From Methanobacteriota archaeon (GTDB lineage Archaea > Thermoplasmatota > Thermoplasmata > UBA10834), in the NCBI GenBank assembly GCA_020347565.1, contig CP070732.1:514681-578680 (forward strand): a stretch of 64,000 nt of DNA, written 5' to 3'. Shown piece by piece: positions 27,466 through 38,043 of this stretch. The position numbers were made by a program, and so were the translations under genes. Position 1 is the first letter of the stretch, and each line of letters opens with the position of its first letter. The notes under the pieces are model-generated. The model was not told where the DNA came from and ran no database searches. It worked only from the letters and a program-made list of their open reading frames with translations.

Positions 27466-28140
27466 ATGACCAGGAAGAGCACAGGCGTCCCCGGCCTCGA
27501 CAGCATGCTCCAGAACGGCTTTCCGTTCCCCTCGTCGATCCTGGTGGCGGGCGAGCCCGGCACTGGCAAGACGACGTTCGCCGTCCAGAGTCTGTTTCAC
27601 GGCGCGATAGATGGAGAGAAAGGGTTGTACATAACCGCCATATCCGAGCCTCAGTGGCTGGTTCAGAAGTTCCTGTCCTCATTCTCTTTCTACGATCAGC
27701 AGCACGTCGAGAAGGGCATGGTCAACTTCATCGACCTCGGCCCGAGCATCGCGAAGAACCCGGGCGACATGCTGGATATCATCAAGAAGAAGATTGAGCA
27801 GTTCGAGCCGGAGAGGATTGCCATAGATCCGATCACTCCGATGACCGACCTTCTGCAATGGCGAGGCGAGACAAGGGAGTTCATGCACGAGTTGTTCGCG
27901 TACCTGAAGGCGTTCAACAGCTTGGTGATTATAACCGCAGAGATGTCCTATGATGACATATCACACAGCCAAGAGTCATACATGGTCGACGGCGTGATAG
28001 TGCTTTCCTATCCTGAGGAGGAGAAGGTCAGGCGCAAGTTCCTCGAAGTACTCAAGATGAGAGGTACGAAGCACACGACGGGCCGGCAGCTGATCGACAT
28101 CACGGACGAGGGGCTGGCCGTCCAGGCCGGGCTGAGGTAA
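27466..28140 (+). CDS. single-domain KaiC-like (RAD55) ATPase
   Basis: STGVPGLD, GEPGTGKT, DGVIVL and LKMRGTKH. Confidence 0.9.
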   Translation: MTRKSTGVPGLDSMLQNGFPFPSSILVAGEPGTGKTTFAVQSLFHGAIDGEKGLYITAISEPQWLVQKFLSSFSFYDQQHVEKGMVNFIDLGPSIAKNPGDMLDIIKKKIEQFEPERIAIDPITPMTDLLQWRGETREFMHELFAYLKAFNSLVIITAEMSYDDISHSQESYMVDGVIVLSYPEEEKVRRKFLEVLKMRGTKHTTGRQLIDITDEGLAVQAGLR

Positions 28141-28148
28141 GACATTGT

Positions 28149-28658
28149 ATGAGCAACGACGAGAACCCCATCCTGAGAGAGGGTACGTCATATCTCTTCA
28201 TGGATAGGGACGTGTCCGAAGCCTACGAGCGCTTCAAGAAGCTCTTGGCAGAGGGGAGGAGGGGGCTCGTCATCGCCAGGACGCATCCCAGCCGTCTGCA
28301 GCAGTCGCACGCGCTCGACTGCCCGATAATGTGGATCGCGAAGAGCACTAAGGCGGCGAGCGGCGTGCTGAGCCTGGAGCCGACGCGTCTCATGAAGATA
28401 CACAGCACGATATCCGACTTCGTCAAGGCGACCAGAGGCGCGGTCGTCATACTTGACGGGCTGGAGTACCTGATAACGGAGAACGGCTTCTCACCCGTGA
28501 TGAAGGCCATACAGCTCACGAACGAGGAGGTCGCCATGAACGGCGCGTTCCTCCTCGTGCCGATAGACCCGCGCACGATGGAGACGCAACAGCTGGGCTA
28601 TCTCGAGCGCGAGTTCACGCTCCCGGACGAGAACGGTAGACGTATACGTTCGACCTGA
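28149..28658 (+). CDS. DUF835 domain protein
   Basis: GLVIARTHP and VILDGLEYLITENGF. Confidence 0.88.
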   Translation: MSNDENPILREGTSYLFMDRDVSEAYERFKKLLAEGRRGLVIARTHPSRLQQSHALDCPIMWIAKSTKAASGVLSLEPTRLMKIHSTISDFVKATRGAVVILDGLEYLITENGFSPVMKAIQLTNEEVAMNGAFLLVPIDPRTMETQQLGYLEREFTLPDENGRRIRST

Positions 28659-28713
28659 GCCCGGCCGAAACCAAGCTCTGTTTTTTCTATTAGCTCGCAC
28701 CTTAGGCTTCTGT

Positions 28714-29247
28714 ATGCAGAACGAAGTCCCTCTGGGCCGCGTCCACGTAATCACGGGCCCGGGAAAGGGGAAGACCACATCGGCCTTCGGCCTGGCGATG
28801 CGGGCGGCTGGCCACGACCTTCGCGTCTGCATTGTCCAGTTCATGAAGACGGGTGATGTCACAGGCGAAGTCATAGCGGCGGAGCGGCTGAAGAACGTGA
28901 GCGTCGCCCAGTTTGGAACAGGCAGGTTTGTGGGCGGGTCGGGGGCGTCGGACGATGATCGCAGGAGCGCGCGGAAGGCCATGGCCCATGCGAGGAAGCA
29001 GGCCAGTAGTGGCCGATGCGACCTTCTCGTGCTCGACGAGGTCAATGTAGCCGCCTTCTTCGGTCTAGTGTCCGCTCAGGAGGTGATAGACTTGCTCGAG
29101 GCGCGGTCGGAGGGTCTCGAGGTGGTACTGACTGGGCGCAACGCTCCGGACGAGTTCATCGAGTACGCGGACTACGTGTCTCATATCGACACCGTGAAAC
29201 ACCCTTTCGACGAGGGCGTTTCCGCCAGAAAGGGCGTCGAGTGGTGA
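28714..29247 (+). CDS. cobO: cob(I)alamin adenosyltransferase CobO/BtuR
   Basis: TGPGKGKTTSAFG, VQFMK, LVLDE, LTGR and KHPF. Confidence 0.92.
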   Translation: MQNEVPLGRVHVITGPGKGKTTSAFGLAMRAAGHDLRVCIVQFMKTGDVTGEVIAAERLKNVSVAQFGTGRFVGGSGASDDDRRSARKAMAHARKQASSGRCDLLVLDEVNVAAFFGLVSAQEVIDLLEARSEGLEVVLTGRNAPDEFIEYADYVSHIDTVKHPFDEGVSARKGVEW

Positions 29248-29256
29248 GCCCTCCGG

Positions 29257-30387
29257 TCAGCCAGTTTTCTGCCTCAGAAACATGAGGTACCGTATCTCCT
29301 CGGCCGTGAACACGGAACACCTCTTCAGCTCCTCTCTGTCTCCGTCTCTCAGCAGGCGCAGCACGAGCGGCTGGCCTCTGCTCATCAGATAGACTCTGCG
29401 GAACGCCTCAGCCTCTATCTCCGAATTCCCGAGCAGCCGTCTGGCACTGTCCTCATCGAGGCCCTTCACGCGTATCTCGCGAACGGTTCCTGAGTCCACA
29501 TGCCGCTTCTGATAGAACCAGTTGTATGCCGGCAGATCCTCATGTGCAGTGACGATCAGTTTGCCCTCGCTCTTGTGGCTGACGAACGAGGAGAGGAGCT
29601 CGACCACTCCTTCGCTTGCTGTGTGGTAGTCATCGAACACTACAGCCACTCCAGGGACGGCCAATGCGGAATCGACGTCTGAGACGTCAGGCTGAATCCC
29701 ACGTGCGAATCCGATCACTCTTGACTCTATGTCTGCTGCGCCTGTGCGTTCGCTGACGGCGATCCAGAGCACGTCGACGTCCTCCTGTCTCTCGACGAAC
29801 TCTCTGGCCAGAGCCGTCGTACCGTAACCTCTCCCGCCGAGGATAACCATCGCCTGCGAGTCGGAGTCCATGAAGCCCTCGAGCGCCTCTAGCTCTCGCT
29901 CTCGACCGTAGAATTCCTCGTGCGGCGGGGCGTCCGTCAGGTCTCTCTGTGCTGTTCTGTGCCTGTCCTTCAGCTCGATTACCCCGTCCTTCATGCGCGA
30001 GATCAGGCCAAACGCTCGGCGCCTGCCGAACATCTCCTCGAGGGCCGCCCCTTCCATCTCCTCCTTGACACCTTCGCGCGATACCAGGATTCTGGACGCG
30101 CGCAGGTCGTTCCAGATCGCCTCGGCCCTTCTGAACCCTTCCATGCTGACGGCATATACGCTCATCCTGCGATTCCTGTCGGCGACTCTTCCCCTGAACT
30201 CCTCGACGAGCCCTTCCTTGATGAGAGTCCTCACAGCTCTGGGGACATGGGTCCTCGATATGCCAACCCCTTCGGCGATGCCGACCTGAGTGGTCTCCGA
30301 GGGAAACTCCTCGACAGGTGTGTCCGTCGCGAAGCGCGATAGATGCAGAAGCACGCGGTCGTTGACACTGAGCTGACCTGGCATCAA
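29257..30387 (-). CDS. wHTH fused to an AAA/STAND-like NTPase domain with a degenerate P-loop
   Basis: TQVGIAEGVGISRTHV HTH; FYGRERE; GGRGYGTT; VFDDYH; GQPLVL. Confidence 0.75.
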   Translation of the reverse strand: MMPGQLSVNDRVLLHLSRFATDTPVEEFPSETTQVGIAEGVGISRTHVPRAVRTLIKEGLVEEFRGRVADRNRRMSVYAVSMEGFRRAEAIWNDLRASRILVSREGVKEEMEGAALEEMFGRRRAFGLISRMKDGVIELKDRHRTAQRDLTDAPPHEEFYGRERELEALEGFMDSDSQAMVILGGRGYGTTALAREFVERQEDVDVLWIAVSERTGAADIESRVIGFARGIQPDVSDVDSALAVPGVAVVFDDYHTASEGVVELLSSFVSHKSEGKLIVTAHEDLPAYNWFYQKRHVDSGTVREIRVKGLDEDSARRLLGNSEIEAEAFRRVYLMSRGQPLVLRLLRDGDREELKRCSVFTAEEIRYLMFLRQKTG

Positions 30388-30568
30388 GCGCGAAATGCTC
30401 CTGTCCTTATATAATCGTGGTGCCTTCTCAGTGTGTCAGAGCAATCCTTGGGACACGATGTCCAACCCTTCTGGTAGCTGGTAATGACCGCAACACGTTT
30501 AAATACGCACGTCAGCGATGAAAGAACAGAACTAGCAGAGTTATCCATCCTCCGGAGGATGATCCTCA

Positions 30569-33500
30569 ATGAACTTCGAACGGTGCAGAAGAAGGCTTGG
30601 CTCGGACAGAAGCGGCGTCTCGGAAGTCGTCGGGAACATACTCATCCTTTTGATCACGGTGGTTCTGTTCAGCTCCATTGTTGCCTACGTGAATCAGATA
30701 CCCGTTCCCGAGGCCGGCACGAAGGCCGACTTCGCCGCCACGATTTCCTTCGAGGTCGGCGACCCGACCATGGCGGACCTGACCGTCACTCACGCGGGCG
30801 GGGAGGTGCTGCGAGCGGCCGATACGGCGGTCATACTCGAAATCGACAACACGTCCCAATTCCACAAGCTATCTGAAGATGAGGATTTCTCCTATACGAC
30901 TTGGAGCACCGGAACTGATTGGACGAAATCCTTCGCCGTGCCTTCCGCCGCCAGCAACGTGGTCGTGAGCGTGATAGACCTCGACAAGTCCAGAATCGTG
31001 TGGACCAGCCAGGTCTCAGGAGGAGCCGGGGGAACTCCTCCCATCATACTTCAGAGATACGCTGATTCAGAGATACTGTCTCCGAGCGCCGACCCCGTGA
31101 AGAAGGATGATACGTTCTCCGTGTTCGTGAAGGTGATAGACCTCGACAATGACCTGAACACCGTCTGGCTCGACGTCTCGGAGCTGCCCGGAACCCCTGA
31201 TGGCGTGGCGGACGACATCACAGCTGACGGGTGGTATAGGTTCGATTTCTCGGGCATAACGGATGATGTGACGGAGATCGACGGCAAGCTTCTCAAGATA
31301 CATGCCACGGACTCGGCGGGACATGAGACCGTGTCGAGCTACAGGCTGTCAGTGACGATCCTGCCTACTGACACCGAGATAAACTACTACGAGGATCCCT
31401 TCGAGGGAGGACTCCCCAGCTACATCACTTGGATAAGCGACGGACAGGGCTTCGGCATTTACCACGAGGATGGAACGAGCGGGAATGCGGACGTTACAGC
31501 TACTAATTCGACCTTCGTCAAGGACGAGATGGTCTTCATAAGGGTGGCTAGCCTGAGGCTGGCCAACATCCAGAGCGTGAATTCGATGACGCTGACGGAC
31601 ATGCGAACGGGTTACACGCATGTCCCTGCCTTCAACACCAGCCTGTGCTCTTCATCGGCTCCGTTCTATCCATTCACCTCATCGGGCGGCGCGTTCGTTT
31701 ACGAAACCCAGTTCGACACGTCCCCGCTTCCGCCCGGTGCGTATGCGGTGGCCATAACTCTCAAGAGCTCAGGTGCCGTGTTCCAGACCGTCGCCACCCT
31801 GGTCGTGTATCAAGAAGGCTCGTCGGTAGGTTTCACGCCTCGCATTTGGACTTACAACAGTGAAGGCGAGGATTGGGGCTCGAAGACGACCCCGTATGAC
31901 GTGTCCGGGGGAGCGACCAGTAGGGTTTATGTGAGGGTCAGTGTCCAGGACGCTACACTGATCCCCTCCCCTCCGAATGTCGATGACATCAGAATCGTCG
32001 ACATGCGAGGGGACACACAACTTCATGGCTCACCGCCGTCGGGCGATATGTTGCCTGCGTGGACGGTCACAGCGGTGCCAATCGACAATCAGACATACAA
32101 CTTCGAGATCAACCTTCGGCTGAACAACGGCGATCAATGGATTGGCGGGACGAACGCGTATACCCTGAAGATATCCAGGTTCTCCGACGCCAACGAAGGA
32201 ATATACTCGCTCTCCACCATGATCTATGTTAGCGCGTCGATGGCACGGGCGGATTTCTTCGTCGGCGGAGCCGGGTATATGACTGGTACGTCAAATTTCA
32301 TCGACCCGCAGTACCTGTTCCAGATACAGAACAACAACTTCTTCACCCAGCGTGTCCTCTACGACTACTCCAACGCCCCCAGCGCGGCTGACAACTACGC
32401 CGTTAGTGCGCTCGCCCTTGGAGATCTCGACGGCGACGGCGACAAGGATATCATCATGGGCCAGTACGGGAGCGAGAAGCTCTACTATCTCGAGAACAGC
32501 TTGAATACCTTCGGCTCGTGGCAGGAAGCCTCCACGATAACGCGTCCGAGCGGCGATGGCGGTGGCGACATAACCTGGATTGCCGCTGGCGATACGAACG
32601 GCGACGGCGACGTCGATTTCGCCTATTGCACGGAAGACGATGTAGTCGTCATAATGAACAACACATACGGGTCGACGGGCTCAGTGTGGAAGGACTACGG
32701 CAGCTCGAACGGTGGCGTCCTTAAGCTAGACATCCGTGACATGACCGGCGACGAAAGGGGCGACCTCATCGTCCTCGCCGGCGGCCTCGTGAGGGTCTAT
32801 GACCTTCTGGACTGGGATGCTGAATCACCGATAGCCACGCTTCCCGATACAGGCAGTGCGAGCATCAAGGACTTCGACATCGGAGACGTCGACGGGGACG
32901 GTCACCTCGACATAGCAACCGTGGATGACACTTCCACGTCTAGCGATCTGTCCGGCACGCGAGTCAGCTACTACTACGATAACCCATCGCCGATAGAGAG
33001 ACTCCTGATCGGCACCGCGCCGGATGTCGATGCCGGGCAATCGAGCGGTCTGATATCGTACACCGAGACCGTAGACGGCCAGGCATTGGTGATGAGGGAG
33101 AACACGACCGGCGAGATCGCCCCGGGCAACCTCAGTGCCGACATCACGCTGGACACCTTGACAGATAGCCTCGACCAGACCTTGACCGTCAGAGCCAAGG
33201 TCAGCGCTGGAGGAACGGAGGGCTTCTATGTCTGGTATTCTGTGTCAGGCGTGTACTTCACCCCGCTGATATACATCCCCCCGACGACGACGGCGTACAC
33301 GGACTTCTCGGTGCGGCTGCCTCCAACAGTGGCTGGTCTCTCGATAGAGCTCCGGTTCACCGACTCGATCGCGACGGCCGATAGCAAGACACCGGCCGAA
33401 CAGCTGTACCTCGATTATGTGGCAGTGCTGACAGACCTGTATGGAGGCTACGACCCCATCGACGCCCCGATCGTCGATTATTCGTCCGACTATGAATGCG

Positions 33501-34009
33501 TGAGGATCGGCAACTTGAATGGGGATTCGGACCCGAGCGACCTCGGACTGGAGATAATCGTTGCCAAGGATTCCGTCGGTGATGGTCCAGGAGACGAGGG
33601 CGTCTGGAAGGCGTACAACCGCACAGGCGAAGGCGCATCCGAAAACTGGTCGCCCTTGGCAGGCTGGACGGATTCCGATATCACTTTCTACTGCAGGGGA
33701 GATGACCAGATTGACCTTCACAGCTCCATGTCCAACGATGAGAACCCGATCGAGTCGATCCTGACGACGAGCTCCCCCAGACTGTTCCACGTCGTTGACG
33801 TGAACGGCGACGGATACGACGATGTGATCGTGGTGAACACGACGGTCAATGAGGATCTCACGTCTCAGGTGGCTTTGTATCTGAACATGGAGCCCGAGCC
33901 CAGCCACTGGTGGTACCTCGTCGTCAAGGACGTCGCGGCTGCCTTCAACATCGCGGATGTGCGGGGCGGCATGACGTACCTGCTGGTGGACAACCTGATA
34001 TCGGAGTGA
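30569..34009 (+). CDS. large archaeal type IV pilin-like protein with FG-GAP repeats (1146 aa)
   Basis: Class III signal DRSG|VSEVVGNILILLITVVLF; pilin HAGGE motif; six D-x-(D/N/T)-G-D-type repeats. Confidence 0.85.
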   Translation: MNFERCRRRLGSDRSGVSEVVGNILILLITVVLFSSIVAYVNQIPVPEAGTKADFAATISFEVGDPTMADLTVTHAGGEVLRAADTAVILEIDNTSQFHKLSEDEDFSYTTWSTGTDWTKSFAVPSAASNVVVSVIDLDKSRIVWTSQVSGGAGGTPPIILQRYADSEILSPSADPVKKDDTFSVFVKVIDLDNDLNTVWLDVSELPGTPDGVADDITADGWYRFDFSGITDDVTEIDGKLLKIHATDSAGHETVSSYRLSVTILPTDTEINYYEDPFEGGLPSYITWISDGQGFGIYHEDGTSGNADVTATNSTFVKDEMVFIRVASLRLANIQSVNSMTLTDMRTGYTHVPAFNTSLCSSSAPFYPFTSSGGAFVYETQFDTSPLPPGAYAVAITLKSSGAVFQTVATLVVYQEGSSVGFTPRIWTYNSEGEDWGSKTTPYDVSGGATSRVYVRVSVQDATLIPSPPNVDDIRIVDMRGDTQLHGSPPSGDMLPAWTVTAVPIDNQTYNFEINLRLNNGDQWIGGTNAYTLKISRFSDANEGIYSLSTMIYVSASMARADFFVGGAGYMTGTSNFIDPQYLFQIQNNNFFTQRVLYDYSNAPSAADNYAVSALALGDLDGDGDKDIIMGQYGSEKLYYLENSLNTFGSWQEASTITRPSGDGGGDITWIAAGDTNGDGDVDFAYCTEDDVVVIMNNTYGSTGSVWKDYGSSNGGVLKLDIRDMTGDERGDLIVLAGGLVRVYDLLDWDAESPIATLPDTGSASIKDFDIGDVDGDGHLDIATVDDTSTSSDLSGTRVSYYYDNPSPIERLLIGTAPDVDAGQSSGLISYTETVDGQALVMRENTTGEIAPGNLSADITLDTLTDSLDQTLTVRAKVSAGGTEGFYVWYSVSGVYFTPLIYIPPTTTAYTDFSVRLPPTVAGLSIELRFTDSIATADSKTPAEQLYLDYVAVLTDLYGGYDPIDAPIVDYSSDYECVRIGNLNGDSDPSDLGLEIIVAKDSVGDGPGDEGVWKAYNRTGEGASENWSPLAGWTDSDITFYCRGDDQIDLHSSMSNDENPIESILTTSSPRLFHVVDVNGDGYDDVIVVNTTVNEDLTSQVALYLNMEPEPSHWWYLVVKDVAAAFNIADVRGGMTYLLVDNLISE

Positions 34010-34096
34010 GAAGGCATCTGCAGCCCGTGCGGGGCTATCGGGCTTCCTGAGATATCTGGCCACCCTCCCGTCCGCTCCGTCCATAGTAACGGCTTC

Positions 34097-34729
34097 TTAC
34101 GAGGGCTCCTCGTGGCTGAGCCCTGCGGCGACCTCAGCCGCCCTCTCGTATTCGACTACTGCCAACGGGTCCTTCGCCTTTCCGGTCGTCTTCAGGAGCT
34201 CTCTGACCATCCAGTCGACCCTCTCGTCCTCGATGCGCCTGAACCCCCTCATGTTGTTGACCGCGCGGTCGAATTTCGTGACGTACTCCTCCGCGGTGTC
34301 GGCGCTGAAAGCACGCTTTCTCAGGAGCCAAGTCCTCGTCGAATCCCTGAAGAGCGCTGAACCTGATATCGAGGCGCAGTAGAGCTCGGTGTAGCTCTCC
34401 TCGTCCACATCGATCGGGATCACTGGTATCTTCTCTGAGTCGGCGATCTCGACGGCCGCGACGTAGCACGGTGGAGGCGCCGCCACCTCGCCGTATCTCG
34501 CCAGCCCTGTGACGTAGATCTCGTCGTACCTCGAAAGCTCCGGCTCGTAGTCGCTGGGCAGCCTCCGGAGGCCGTCCAACTCCTCCTTGCACAACGAGAT
34601 CGCCATGAGGTCGGGCTTCACTTCAGCGAACGCCTTTCTCACAGGCTCCACCTCCGAAGTCAGCCCTCTGATGACCGGCAGTATGTGTATCGTGGATCCA
34701 CCGTGCGCTATACGCTCGATCCGTCTCAT
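34097..34729 (-). CDS. conserved hypothetical protein (TraB-like)
   Basis: Overlaps the upstream regulator (ATGA); IEDERVDWM and AVVEYER resemble TraB/PrgY. Confidence 0.55.
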   Translation of the reverse strand: MRRIERIAHGGSTIHILPVIRGLTSEVEPVRKAFAEVKPDLMAISLCKEELDGLRRLPSDYEPELSRYDEIYVTGLARYGEVAAPPPCYVAAVEIADSEKIPVIPIDVDEESYTELYCASISGSALFRDSTRTWLLRKRAFSADTAEEYVTKFDRAVNNMRGFRRIEDERVDWMVRELLKTTGKAKDPLAVVEYERAAEVAAGLSHEEPS

Positions 34730-35712
34730 CTTCTCACCTTCTTCTGGCGACGGACGATGAGCTCCATGAGGTCTTCAGAGCGGTCGGCCCGTCTGAGTTC
34801 GTCCTTCGACACCAGTGGCGTGCCCTCGATGGCCTTCACCTTGCTGCCCTCCTGGACGATGATGACGGATTTCTTCTCCGTCACCCTGGAGAGGTCGCCC
34901 ACGACCCTGGCCTTCCTCTCGACGAGCTTCTCGTCCCCGCCTATGCCGGTCAGGAGCAGCTCCTCCTCGCGAGCCACGGCGTCGAACGGACATCTCCTCG
35001 TGGGGAGGACGAGATAGCCGATCTCGCGCAGCATGTCGAATATCTCCTTGTTCGCCCCCTCGGCCCTCTCGAGCGCCTTCATGACATCGGCCATTTCCGA
35101 TGTGAATTCGAACGGGTTGAGCGGCACCACGATCGGCTCGTCCAGGAACTCCTCTATCCTCGCCGCGATTTCCACCATCGCTCCCATGCCCGCCTCGTAC
35201 ATCTGTATCGCTTTGCGCGAGACGCCAGCGGCCTCCGCAAGCGTCCCCAGGGAGATGCTCTTGGTCTCTCTGACGCTTCGGAGCGTCTCGCCGTCGACAC
35301 GGACGTACAGCCCGCCCGGTGCGGCGTACACGAGCGGGGGCAGCCCCTCTACCATCAGCGCCTCGAACGATGCGGCGGTGAGTATCGGCAGGCCGAAGCG
35401 GGAATACAGTATCCCATCCTCAAGCTCCGCCGTACTGGAATGCAGGCCGACTACAATCGCGCTCGCGTCGAGCGTCGCGGCAAGCGCCCGAAGGTCGTCC
35501 GCGTCGCTGTGCGATAGCGAATCGATGTTCGACAGCATCTTGAGAACGAGGAGCTGATCGCCCTTCCTGGCGATTGCATCGAAGCTTACGGACCTGAGGT
35601 TGTGCGGCTCGGTCACGAAGAAGCCGCACTCGGCGAGGTCCGCCCTCACCCTCGCTATGAGCTGTTCCCTGTTAGCCGTGACGGCTCTCGTCTTCGGTCT
35701 CGTTGTTGGCAT
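34726..35712 (-). CDS. archaeal HTH transcriptional regulator (COG1395-like)
   Basis: SFDAIAR, LEDGILYSRFG, YAAPGGLYV and the HTH SLGTLAEAAGVSRKAIQMYE. Confidence 0.88.
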   Translation of the reverse strand: MPTTRPKTRAVTANREQLIARVRADLAECGFFVTEPHNLRSVSFDAIARKGDQLLVLKMLSNIDSLSHSDADDLRALAATLDASAIVVGLHSSTAELEDGILYSRFGLPILTAASFEALMVEGLPPLVYAAPGGLYVRVDGETLRSVRETKSISLGTLAEAAGVSRKAIQMYEAGMGAMVEIAARIEEFLDEPIVVPLNPFEFTSEMADVMKALERAEGANKEIFDMLREIGYLVLPTRRCPFDAVAREEELLLTGIGGDEKLVERKARVVGDLSRVTEKKSVIIVQEGSKVKAIEGTPLVSKDELRRADRSEDLMELIVRRQKKVRR

Positions 35713-35744
35713 GGGTAGTGTCAAGGTAGCAGCTAGCCCTCGTG

Positions 35745-37925
35745 TCACTGGTACATGGAGTTCGGACTCAGCCGCTCGTACTTCCTCAGTTCGTTTTCGG
35801 TCATCGGCTGCACGTTCGCCATAGCTCTCTCGAAGTATTTCATTTCAACCTCGACCTCGCGGATGCGCTCCTCGTCCACGTCCTCTCCGCTGAGGACGAA
35901 GTCGCGTATCGCGAGCATCACCGCTTCGTTCGCCACAGCGCCTATCTCGGCGCCCGTGTAGTGGTCCATCTTCGTCGCGAGCTTGTCGAGGTCGACGTCG
36001 TCCGCCAAAGGCTTGTGCCTGGCGTGTATCCTGAGTATCTCCTTCCTCGCCCCGAGGTCCGGCGGATGTATGTACACGAGCCTGTCGAACCTTCCGGGGC
36101 GAAGCAGCGCTGGATCGACGATGTCCGGCCTGTTGGTCGCCGCTATGACGACGACGTTATGCAGAGCCTCCAGTCCATCCATCTCGGTCAGGAGCTGGCT
36201 TATCACCCTCTCGGTCACGCCGGAGTCGCTCGACGTGCCCCTCAGAGGGGCTATCGCGTCGATCTCGTCAAGGAACACGACGCATGGCGCGGCCTGCCTC
36301 GCCTTCCTGAATGTCTCCCTGACGGCCTTCTCGGACTCCCCGACCCATTTGGACAGGAACTCCGGCCCCTTGACGCTTATGAAGTTCGCCTGGCTTTCTG
36401 TGGCAACGGCCTTGGCCAGCAGCGTCTTGCCAGTCCCTGGCGGGCCATAGAGTAGGATCCCCTTAGGCGGGACGGCGCTCATGTGCCTGTACAGCCCCGA
36501 GTACCGGAGGGGCCACTCGACGGTCTCCATGAGTTCCTGCTTGGGCCCCTCGAGTCCTCCTATGTCCTCCCACTTCACGTTGGGGCTTTCCAGCAGCACC
36601 TCGCGCAGGGTCGACGGCTGCATCTCCCTGTATGCGTCCATCAGATTACCCATCGAGACGCTCAACCGGTTAAGCACCTCTGCTGGTATCGATTCCTCCT
36701 CGAGGTCGATGCTCGGCAGTATCTCCCGGAGGGAGCGCATCGCTCCCTCTCGCGCCAGCGACGCCAGGTCGGCGCCGACGTAGCCGTGGGTCATACCGGC
36801 CAGCTGCGAGAGGTCCACATCATCCGCCAGGGGCATCCCCCTCGTGTGAATCTCGAGTATCTCGAGTCGGCCGTCCCTGTCAGGTATGCCGATTTCTATC
36901 TCCCTGTCGAACCTTCCCGGCCGGCGTATGGCCGGGTCTAGCGCGTTGGGGCGGTTCGTGGCCGCGATGACGATCACCTTCCCACGACCCTCGAGGCCGT
37001 CCATTATCGCCAGCAGCTGGGCGACCACGCGCCTTTCGGTCTCACCGGTCACCTCGTCCCTCTTCGGCGCGATGGAGTCGATTTCGTCTATGAATATGAT
37101 GCTCGGCGCGTTCTCCGCAGCCTCCTTGAATATCTCTCTCAGCCGTTCCTCGCTTTCGCCGTAGAACTTGCTCATTATCTCGGGGCCGCCTATCGATGTG
37201 AAGTTCGCGCTCGTCTCCGAGGCGACGGCCTTCGCGAGGAGGGTCTTCCCCGTGCCCGGAGGCCCGTGAAGCAGGACGCCCTTGGGGGCGTCCACGCCAA
37301 GCTTCTCGAACAGCTCCGGGTGCCTGAGAGGGAGCTCTATCATCTCCCTGACCTTGTCCACCTCGTCCGTGAGCCCGCCGATGTCCTCGTACGCGACCTT
37401 CGGTCCTCGGGCTATCTCCTCCTTCGCGGGCTTGTCGCTGAGCTTCATCTTCGTGAAGTTCTGTATCAACACCGCATCGGTACCAGGCTGAAAGCTCTGC
37501 ACGACGAGGTCGAATTTGCGGCCCATAATGTTCACTTCGAGCAGGTCGCCCTTCGATACGGCCCTGCCCTCGAGCACCTGGGAAAGATACTCCTCTCCTC
37601 CAAGGATCTTCACCGGCTGCGTGGGCGCCAGCGTCACCTTCGTGGCGGCCTTGGGCGTGATCTTCCGAATGCTCACCTTGTCGTCAAGGCCAGCGCCAGC
37701 GTTCTTCCGGGTCGTGCCGTCTATGCGTATGGTGCCGCGGTTCTCATCCTCAGGATGGCCCTCGAGGACGGTCACGGCGGTGTCCCTCGCCCCCTCTATC
37801 ATGACGACGTCGCCTCGACTGAGCTCCAGGATCTTCATCAGCGCTGGATCTACTCTCGCGACGCCCTTGCCGTCGTCAGCCGTTTTCGCCTGAACGACTC
37901 TCAGTATCTTCTCCTTCTTTGCCAT
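35745..37925 (-). CDS. cdc48: CDC48/VAT AAA+ ATPase
   Basis: N domain plus two AAA modules (GPPGTGKT twice, RPGRFDR). Confidence 0.95.
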   Translation of the reverse strand: MAKKEKILRVVQAKTADDGKGVARVDPALMKILELSRGDVVMIEGARDTAVTVLEGHPEDENRGTIRIDGTTRKNAGAGLDDKVSIRKITPKAATKVTLAPTQPVKILGGEEYLSQVLEGRAVSKGDLLEVNIMGRKFDLVVQSFQPGTDAVLIQNFTKMKLSDKPAKEEIARGPKVAYEDIGGLTDEVDKVREMIELPLRHPELFEKLGVDAPKGVLLHGPPGTGKTLLAKAVASETSANFTSIGGPEIMSKFYGESEERLREIFKEAAENAPSIIFIDEIDSIAPKRDEVTGETERRVVAQLLAIMDGLEGRGKVIVIAATNRPNALDPAIRRPGRFDREIEIGIPDRDGRLEILEIHTRGMPLADDVDLSQLAGMTHGYVGADLASLAREGAMRSLREILPSIDLEEESIPAEVLNRLSVSMGNLMDAYREMQPSTLREVLLESPNVKWEDIGGLEGPKQELMETVEWPLRYSGLYRHMSAVPPKGILLYGPPGTGKTLLAKAVATESQANFISVKGPEFLSKWVGESEKAVRETFRKARQAAPCVVFLDEIDAIAPLRGTSSDSGVTERVISQLLTEMDGLEALHNVVVIAATNRPDIVDPALLRPGRFDRLVYIHPPDLGARKEILRIHARHKPLADDVDLDKLATKMDHYTGAEIGAVANEAVMLAIRDFVLSGEDVDEERIREVEVEMKYFERAMANVQPMTENELRKYERLSPNSMYQ

Positions 37926-38043
37926 CTGAAGCACCGAATGCCTGAGGCTGTCTCCGCGCTCACCCGATCATCGGTTGAACGCGCTGTCCAATCGCATGTA
38001 TGGGGTTTGATTCGGGTTTCCGCCCCCGTCCGGAGGCGCCAGC

